A stretch of 64,000 nucleotides of DNA from contig JAPLDX010000056.1 in assembly GCA_026391215.1 (NCBI GenBank), positions 32,001-96,000 of the forward strand, read 5' to 3'. This DNA comes from Bacteroidia bacterium (GTDB taxonomy: Bacteria; Bacteroidota; Bacteroidia; Bacteroidales; VadinHA17). The position numbers and the translations under genes are program-made. The notes beneath the pieces were generated by a model. The model was not told the DNA's origin. It searched no databases and saw only the letters and a program-made list of their open reading frames with translations. This document shows, piece after piece, positions 20,029 through 26,213 of the stretch; position 1 is the first letter of the stretch, and each line of letters opens with the position of its first letter.

Positions 20029-20811
20029 ATGAAAAAATCGCTGCTGTTATCATTTACAGTTGTGTTATCCTTTTTATTATCACTCAGTTTTAATATTGAG
20101 GGTCAGACTGTAGTATTCTCAGAAAATTTCTCAGGTTTCTCCAACGGTACACATGCTTCTCAATCTTCGTATGATTATTCGGGTGTTCTTGACACAAAAA
20201 CCCAGCTGCCCGGATGGACAGGATATAAGGTCTATTCAGCGGGCGGAGAGATCAAGCTGGGTACTTCAGATGTACCCGGATGGATTGAGACTCCGTCAAT
20301 TGATTTGTCGGGATATGAAGGAGATGTTTTCATTGAATTTGATATTTCAAGATGGCCGGATGATGCTGCAATTGTACAGGTTTCACTTAACGGCTTTCCG
20401 CTTGGTAATACAATTGCTCCTGCCGATGAATTCCAGACTGTAGAAATACTGCTTACTGAGGAAATCACTTCAGCAAAGATAAAATTTGAATCTCTCGCGA
20501 AAAGGTTCTTCCTTGATAATGTCCGGGTTGTTGCTCAGAATGCCACATCTGCCGGCAATAATTATAAATTTGAATCCCGGATAAAAGTGTACCCGAACCC
20601 TGCCGGTGATTTAATCAATATCGACAATTTGAATGGAATAAGCAGGTTAGAGATTATTAACTTAAACGGAAGAGTAATGGAAGCGATTGACCTTTCAGAT
20701 ACAGAAAAGGTTGATCTGGCTTTGAACGACTTTCCGCCGGGCATTTATTTAATAAGATTTTTCACCGGCAGGAGTTCTTTTACAACAAGGTTTGTAAAAT
20801 ATAAAAAGTAA
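20029..20811 (+). CDS. Small T9SS cargo protein (type A C-terminal domain)
   Basis: Signal peptide ending in Gln; KVYPNPA...GIYLIR...RFVK CTD. Confidence 0.85.
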   Translation: MKKSLLLSFTVVLSFLLSLSFNIEGQTVVFSENFSGFSNGTHASQSSYDYSGVLDTKTQLPGWTGYKVYSAGGEIKLGTSDVPGWIETPSIDLSGYEGDVFIEFDISRWPDDAAIVQVSLNGFPLGNTIAPADEFQTVEILLTEEITSAKIKFESLAKRFFLDNVRVVAQNATSAGNNYKFESRIKVYPNPAGDLINIDNLNGISRLEIINLNGRVMEAIDLSDTEKVDLALNDFPPGIYLIRFFTGRSSFTTRFVKYKK

Positions 20812-20882
20812 TTGGGGAGAAAACAATCTCTTTTTTTCTGCAGACCGTAATTCTTTAAAGAAAATTGCCCAAATTTGCGCAG

Positions 20883-20920
20883 GTCCGTCTTCGTCCCGAG
20901 GACTCGGGGCTTCGGTGGAT
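20883..20920. repeat. REP-like palindrome in the tRNA leader
   Basis: GTCCGTC-TTCG-TCCCGAG-ga-CTCGGGG-CTTC-GGTGGAT nested hairpin. Confidence 0.5.
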
Positions 20921-20924
20921 AAAT

Positions 20925-21013
20925 GGAGAGATGGCAGAGCGGTCGAATGCGGCGGTCTCGAAAACCGTTGTCCTGCTTACGCGGGACCGGGGGTTCGAAT
21001 CCCCCTCTCTCCG
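20925..21013 (+). tRNA. trnS: tRNA-Ser(CGA)
   Basis: GGAGAGA/TCTCTCC acceptor stem with G discriminator; anticodon arm GCGGT-CT-CGA-AA-ACCGT; long variable arm; GGTTCGAATCC T-arm; CCA not encoded. Confidence 0.97.
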
Positions 21014-21186
21014 CAAAACTTTAATGAACCCCGCGAACGCGGGGTTGTTTATTTGACCGAAGCCCCATTAAAAGCTTGCTTTTATAAGGGGCTGAAGGGA
21101 AAATAAATAGACTCGTAAGGGTTCATTAAAACTTTGCTGGTATCCACCAGGGGATCACACCTGAACGGAGTGAGGGTGTAATCCCC
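21013..21186 (+). ncRNA. tRNA-Ser-linked multi-stem structured element, copy A
   Basis: Homologous to 49772-49940 (-) with compensatory changes in three stems; whether it acts as RNA or DNA is unknown. Confidence 0.65.
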
Positions 21187-21197
21187 TTTTTATATTA

Positions 21198-21283
21198 CGC
21201 CCCTTCAGGGCTAACAATCATTTATTAGCCTCCTGCCACCGGCGGTTGCCGGTGGTTATTCAAATTATGCCCTTTCAGGGCTT
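21198..21283. repeat. REP-like doublet GCCC(C/T)TTCAGGGCT flanking a GC hairpin
   Basis: GCCCCTTCAGGGCT and GCCCTTTCAGGGCT in direct orientation around CCACCGGC-ggtt-GCCGGTGG. Confidence 0.65.
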
Positions 21284-21425
21284 ATTGTATTTTGGTTTTG
21301 CCAGCCTTCTCCATAGGATCGTGAGCCCCGGATGGTACCTCTTTTTTCAACATTTTATCAGAGTGGCTCCTTAGTTTAGAATAGCTTGTTATCTTCGTAA
21401 ATTAATGTAATAAATAATCTAAAGC

Positions 21426-22658
21426 ATGGGACTCAGAGGCCGGCTTATCATAATGAACTTCCTCCAGTTCTTTATCTGGGGATCGTGGTTGCTAACCATC
21501 GGGGCATATTGGTTTCAGAACAAAAACTGGTCAGGAACCGATTTCGGAGCTATCTTTTCAACAATGGGACTGGCTTCACTCTTCATGCCGGCCATTGCCG
21601 GGATCATTGCCGACAGGTGGGTCAATGCCGAAAGGGTGTATGGCATCTTTCACATTGCAGGTGCCGTCCTGCTTACACTAATTCCGTCCATCACTAATCC
21701 TGACACCTTTTTCTGGATTCTGCTGCTTACGATGATGTTCTACATGCCCACCCTGGCTCTGGCTATCACGGTGGCATACAGCTCTATGAAAAAGAGTGGT
21801 ATGGATATAATAAAGGATTACCCGCCGGTGAGGGTCTGGGGTACGATCGGCTTCATAGTGGCGCTGTGGGTGGTAAGCCTGCTGGGCTTTGAAACCTCAC
21901 CCTTGCAGTTCTATGTTGCGGCTGCCGCCTCTCTCCTGCTTGGTCTCTATGCCTTTACCCTCCCAAAGTGTCCGCCACTGGGCAGGGGACACAAGAAGAA
22001 ACTGGCAGAAGAGCTGGGTCTCAATGCCTTCAGACTTTTCAAAAGTTCCAAAATGGCCATCTTTTTCATCTTCGCCATGCTCCTGGGCGGTGCTCTGCAG
22101 CTGACCAACGCCTACGGCGACACTTTTCTGCACGATTTTGCAGACATACCGGAGTATAAAGACCTTCTTGCCGTAAGGTATCCAGCCATAATAATGTCAG
22201 TCTCACAGATCTCCGAAACCCTCTTCATTCTTACCATTCCCTTTTTCCTGAAAAAATTCGGGATAAAGAAGGTGATGCTGATGAGCATGGTGGCTTGGAT
22301 TCTCCGTTTCGGCCTGTTCGGATTCGGAAATCCCGCCGAAGGGCTCTGGCTGATCATCCTCTCATGCATCATTTACGGTATGGCCTTTGATTTCTTCAAT
22401 ATCTCGGGTTCCCTCTTCGTTGAGACCCAGTGTACTCCTGACATACGTGCCAGCGGCCAGGGCCTGTTCATGATGATGACTAACGGCTTCGGTGCTTTCC
22501 TTGGCAGCAGGATAAGCGGGATCGTGATTGACAAATACTTTACCCTGGGAGGCGGCGTATTCGACTGGAAGGGGATCTGGTTCACCTTTGCGGGTTATGC
22601 CCTGGTGGTGGTAATCCTCTTCGTCATACTCTTCAGGCATAAGCATGTTCAGAAGTAA
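21426..22658 (+). CDS. nupG: Nucleoside:H+ symporter (NHS family MFS)
   Basis: MNFLQFFIWGSW, GIIADRW, YPPVRVWGTIGF, SQISE, YGMAFDFFNISG, RASGQG. Confidence 0.92.
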   Translation: MGLRGRLIIMNFLQFFIWGSWLLTIGAYWFQNKNWSGTDFGAIFSTMGLASLFMPAIAGIIADRWVNAERVYGIFHIAGAVLLTLIPSITNPDTFFWILLLTMMFYMPTLALAITVAYSSMKKSGMDIIKDYPPVRVWGTIGFIVALWVVSLLGFETSPLQFYVAAAASLLLGLYAFTLPKCPPLGRGHKKKLAEELGLNAFRLFKSSKMAIFFIFAMLLGGALQLTNAYGDTFLHDFADIPEYKDLLAVRYPAIIMSVSQISETLFILTIPFFLKKFGIKKVMLMSMVAWILRFGLFGFGNPAEGLWLIILSCIIYGMAFDFFNISGSLFVETQCTPDIRASGQGLFMMMTNGFGAFLGSRISGIVIDKYFTLGGGVFDWKGIWFTFAGYALVVVILFVILFRHKHVQK

Positions 22659-23449
22659 ACAGCTACCTGCCCTTGTTCAGGGAGAGCCCTGTAGATGATC
22701 TTTGCGTCGGTGCGGGGGATCCGTAGTTTAATAAATGGCTGATAATCAGGTACCCTGAAAGTAACAACTCTTAAGAATGTATTCCCGGCATTGATCAGCC
22801 TGTACCGCAGGTTAAATATGAAAAGACGTATCCCGTCACCAGACCGTAATTTTCCTTCCTGATAGATAAAAAGTCTCGTTCCGTTATCCATTTCCAAAAT
22901 GTAGTTCACCGGTTCATAATCGGCAGTATCGGGAATAATATCAGGTTTGAATTCAGAAGTATCTTTAGGAGCCATCCTGATCATGAGCGGTTCCTTCTCA
23001 ATGGAAGCTATACTCTTACTGATCGTAAATGGATTGGAAAGCATTGACAGAATGACATAATCGTTTTTTGCGCTTAACATCCTGCTGACTTTCATCTTCT
23101 TTATATCTGCTTTATGGACAACCACACCGTTTATCTCAAGGTTTACAGTACTATCAGGCATGTCGATAGTAAGGTAAATTGAATCGGACTCAGCCATTGC
23201 AACTTTTGACTGAAGGAATGATTTCTCCTTTAATAATGACAGATATGTTGAATCAGTAAATATCCTTTCGTCGACAGGTTTCTTTTCATCCTGCCTGAAC
23301 CCGTATATGTTTTTTAATTCTTTATATTTTTTTGCCGGGGCCAGCAATGTCATGATCGAATAATAAATCAGGAAACACAGTACGATGACTATCCATACAA
23401 TTATTTTGTATTTCCTGTCTGCAGATGTATATTCTTTTTCTGTTTCCAT
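22649..23449 (-). CDS. Membrane-anchored YkuD-like protein lacking the catalytic His/Cys
   Basis: N-terminal TM; IYLTID..DSTVNLEING start and LRIPRTDAKIIYRALPEQGQVAVY end align by eye with the neighbouring L,D-transpeptidase; no IHG or HGC motif. Confidence 0.65.
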   Translation of the reverse strand: METEKEYTSADRKYKIIVWIVIVLCFLIYYSIMTLLAPAKKYKELKNIYGFRQDEKKPVDERIFTDSTYLSLLKEKSFLQSKVAMAESDSIYLTIDMPDSTVNLEINGVVVHKADIKKMKVSRMLSAKNDYVILSMLSNPFTISKSIASIEKEPLMIRMAPKDTSEFKPDIIPDTADYEPVNYILEMDNGTRLFIYQEGKLRSGDGIRLFIFNLRYRLINAGNTFLRVVTFRVPDYQPFIKLRIPRTDAKIIYRALPEQGQVAVYF

Positions 23450-23466
23450 ATCGGTTCTTATCCGGA

Positions 23467-24279
23467 TCAGAATATGTATACTTTAGATCCTATGCTGAGG
23501 GTATTAAAAATAACCTTCAGATCTTCATCATTAAGACGGACACAACCATGAGTTACGGGCATGCCCAGAAACCTTTTGTAAATGGTTCCGTGGATCAGGT
23601 AACCATCACCCAGGGCGAGCGCATATTCTCCAAGCACTCCGTATTCATACCTCGAATAGTGGTCCTGAGGAGGTATTGGCAGTCCTTCCTCAACAAATGC
23701 CCAGTCAGGTTTCTTCCAGTAAGGATTTGTAGTTTTCCCCTGTATCCAGAATCTTCCCTTTGGAGTCTTAAATGTCCAGCTTCTTCCTTCCTCTGTTTTT
23801 AGCAATTTATAACTGCCTGTGCTGCAATGGCCTTCTCTCACAAGCTTCTTATTCCTGTAAAGACAAAAGAGGTTATCAGTTGTGTTGATCACAAGGTATG
23901 ATTGACCCGATGTATAGCTGTTATATTTTCTTGAAAGACGCTGAACATCTCTCTTTATCTGAGCTATCTGTTTCTTATAAACTGCGTCCTTCTTCAGTTC
24001 ATCTGAATTTTCAATGACAATTTTTACCACCCGGGGAATCTCTTGTATTGCCGGAATTGCATTGATAAAAAAGGCAAACAGTGAAGCTATGATTAATAAG
24101 ATAAGGAGCCCCATTGATAATGGCCGCAGAACTCTTATAACCTTTTCATTATCAAGTATTCTCTGGTAAAATGAATTGCCGGTGCCTTTTATCTCTTCTG
24201 TGGCATCAGGATCATTTTCAGCCGGTGTCTTTTCTATGCCGGGAAGTAATCCGTTATCAGGTATGAATTCATCTTCCAT
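23467..24279 (-). CDS. L,D-transpeptidase, ErfK/YbiS/YcfS-like YkuD family, with TM anchor and coiled coil
   Basis: YLVINT, CSTG, TPKGRF, PYWKKPDW, LGEYAL, YLIHGT, VTHGCVRL. Confidence 0.92.
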   Translation of the reverse strand: MEDEFIPDNGLLPGIEKTPAENDPDATEEIKGTGNSFYQRILDNEKVIRVLRPLSMGLLILLIIASLFAFFINAIPAIQEIPRVVKIVIENSDELKKDAVYKKQIAQIKRDVQRLSRKYNSYTSGQSYLVINTTDNLFCLYRNKKLVREGHCSTGSYKLLKTEEGRSWTFKTPKGRFWIQGKTTNPYWKKPDWAFVEEGLPIPPQDHYSRYEYGVLGEYALALGDGYLIHGTIYKRFLGMPVTHGCVRLNDEDLKVIFNTLSIGSKVYIF

Positions 24280-24289
24280 CAGTGCAGAT

Positions 24290-25349
24290 TTATCTGTTCA
24301 GGACATGCCTGAGGCTGTACATAGATCCAACAATTGTTACAGGAGTTCCCTCCCTCACATACTTGAATATACTATCCATTTCCCTGTCTTTCAGAGCGAT
24401 GCATCCCGCAGTCCAGTCTGCGCCTCTTCCGCCGTTTCCATGAATTTCTATCATATCCCCTATCCTGGCTGAGCGTGATATACTGCCGCTTTCTATGGCA
24501 TGATTGAATTCCAATGTATCCTCCTCATTCGGGTAGTTAATCAGAAGCGCCTTATAATACTTGGTACTGTCACTTTCAAATTTCCTGGATATTTTATACA
24601 TGCCCTCAGGCCGCAGTGAATTCGGTAATTTTTGTTCCGTCAAGATAAACAAAAAATTTATGTGAAAATTTGTCGACGATGATCGAGTAATCATGACTTT
24701 CTCTCGATAAGGCTAAAGTGCTGTCAATCCATATTTTCCATTGAGGATATGATCTGAAATAACTCTTCAGGTTTTCATCAGCATATTGATAAGAAGATCC
24801 CAGGAGAGACTTTGAATCTGATATCTTGCTCTCTGCCTGGAGGTAATTGCCTTCCCTATAAGCTAATTCCGCTTCCCTCATCAGCATTTTTCCCAATGAT
24901 ATCTTATTACGTACTTCGATTGTCAGGGGATATGTCGGGAAGATCTTATTGATCTTTGCCATAAGGTCGTTAATGTCTTTCAACTCCTGTTCCAGGCGGA
25001 CCCTGAGGCTTGAAGTATTGTATACTGAGATTTCAGAAGCTTCTTTTGCTTTATTTGAGGATAATTCAGCCAGGGCGAGTATTTTGCTGTAATTTCTTTT
25101 ATAGATGAACTTTGTGTTTTCGCGCCTCCAGTTGGCCATTGCAGAATCGTAACAATTCATGGTTTCTTTGAACAGTTCCTCTGAGTAGATATCAGCTTTG
25201 TTTTTGCGGGCCAGGGAAATAGCTTCACGTGCCTCCTTCATTTCTTTTGCGGGAGGAGGAGGAACAGGATAAAAGAAAAGGAAAACCATCAGGGTTATGA
25301 AAACTGCAATTGCAGAAATTATAAGAATATGCCACCAGGGTTTTCCCAT
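24290..25349 (-). pseudogene. TM + helical (DUF4398-like) + YafK/DpaA-like YkuD enzyme, split by an out-of-frame internal deletion near 24606-24613
   Basis: ORF 24606-25349 ends IIVDK..FVYLDG....FTA*; another frame resumes at PEGMY..YYKALLINYPN..D..GDMIEIHG..WTAGCIAL. The LG...GxK...GD..T segment normally before PEG is absent. Could be an assembly error. Confidence 0.75.
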
Positions 25350-25370
25350 TAAAAGTGATTTTAGTTACCC

Positions 25371-25399
25371 AAAAAAAACCCCGGGGATAAACCCGGGGA
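25371..25399 (-). terminator. Intrinsic terminator directly after the lipoprotein gene, inside the operon
   Basis: Minus strand CCCCGGG-tttatc-CCCGGGG followed by T8. Confidence 0.85.
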
Positions 25400-25429
25400 T
25401 ATTTCTTATTTCATGAAATTGATGACAGA

Positions 25430-26026
25430 TTAGAATCTGATCCTTGCTTTTGTTAAAGCTTCCTTGATTTCAGCGTTCAAACCGTCAGCTTTTTCTTTAG
25501 CAGCTTTGATCTTGTTAAGTGCATCCATGAAAGCACCCTTGTCATATGCGCCCTGAGCTTCAGCAACTGCAGCGTCGACATTTGACAGGTCAGCTTTGAT
25601 CTGCTCAATAACAGCAGCACCTTCTTTACCTCTCGGGAGTTTGAGAACGAGCTTGCCGTTTTCAGTAACAACATTCTTTATGTCGTTCAGAAGAGTTTCA
25701 GCTTCTTTCTTAATTTCATCTTTCTTGGCGGCTACTTTACCGGCGACCTCATTTGCCAGTGTTGTAACAGCAGCTAATTTTTCTTTTTCAGCTGCCATGC
25801 CTTTAAATAATTTTCCTTCTTTGGCTTCAATTGCAGCCATAACAGCGTTCAGTGAATCCTGTACTGCTGCGAATTCAGCAGGTAAATAAACATTAGCTTC
25901 TGCTACCTTAGCAGCCTCAATAGCAGCATTGGTTGCATCAATTTCAACTTGCGGTTTTTTTCCGCAACTGGAAAGAACAGCAACCATTGCGATAGCTGCC
26001 AGTCCCATTAAAATTTTACTTTTCAT
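25430..26026 (-). CDS. Ala/Lys/Glu-rich helical lipoprotein (DUF4398-like)
   Basis: Lipobox LSSC; PQVEIDATNAAIEAAKVAEANVYLPAEF motif; amphipathic helices throughout. Confidence 0.85.
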   Translation of the reverse strand: MKSKILMGLAAIAMVAVLSSCGKKPQVEIDATNAAIEAAKVAEANVYLPAEFAAVQDSLNAVMAAIEAKEGKLFKGMAAEKEKLAAVTTLANEVAGKVAAKKDEIKKEAETLLNDIKNVVTENGKLVLKLPRGKEGAAVIEQIKADLSNVDAAVAEAQGAYDKGAFMDALNKIKAAKEKADGLNAEIKEALTKARIRF

Positions 26027-26213
26027 TTCTAGATTTTTTAATACTTTGTTTATTTAAAACTTCCGATTTGTTTAAAATTAATCGTTTTAGTTTAAATTTT
26101 TACGGTGCGAAGATACTATAATTTAGTGATATAGCAATGGAAAAATGAATAATATTTTTTCATTTATCAACAGGCCTGTTCAAATAATCACATGCAATAT
26201 ATCTCAAGTTATA

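Noticed and set aside
20865-21106. Two 63-aa ORFs
   Set aside because: They overlap tRNA-Ser(CGA) and its structured trailer; spurious.
24600-24700. Programmed frameshift or TGA recoding joining the two YkuD halves
   Set aside because: A conserved segment is missing in both frames, so recoding would not restore the domain; a deletion explains it better.
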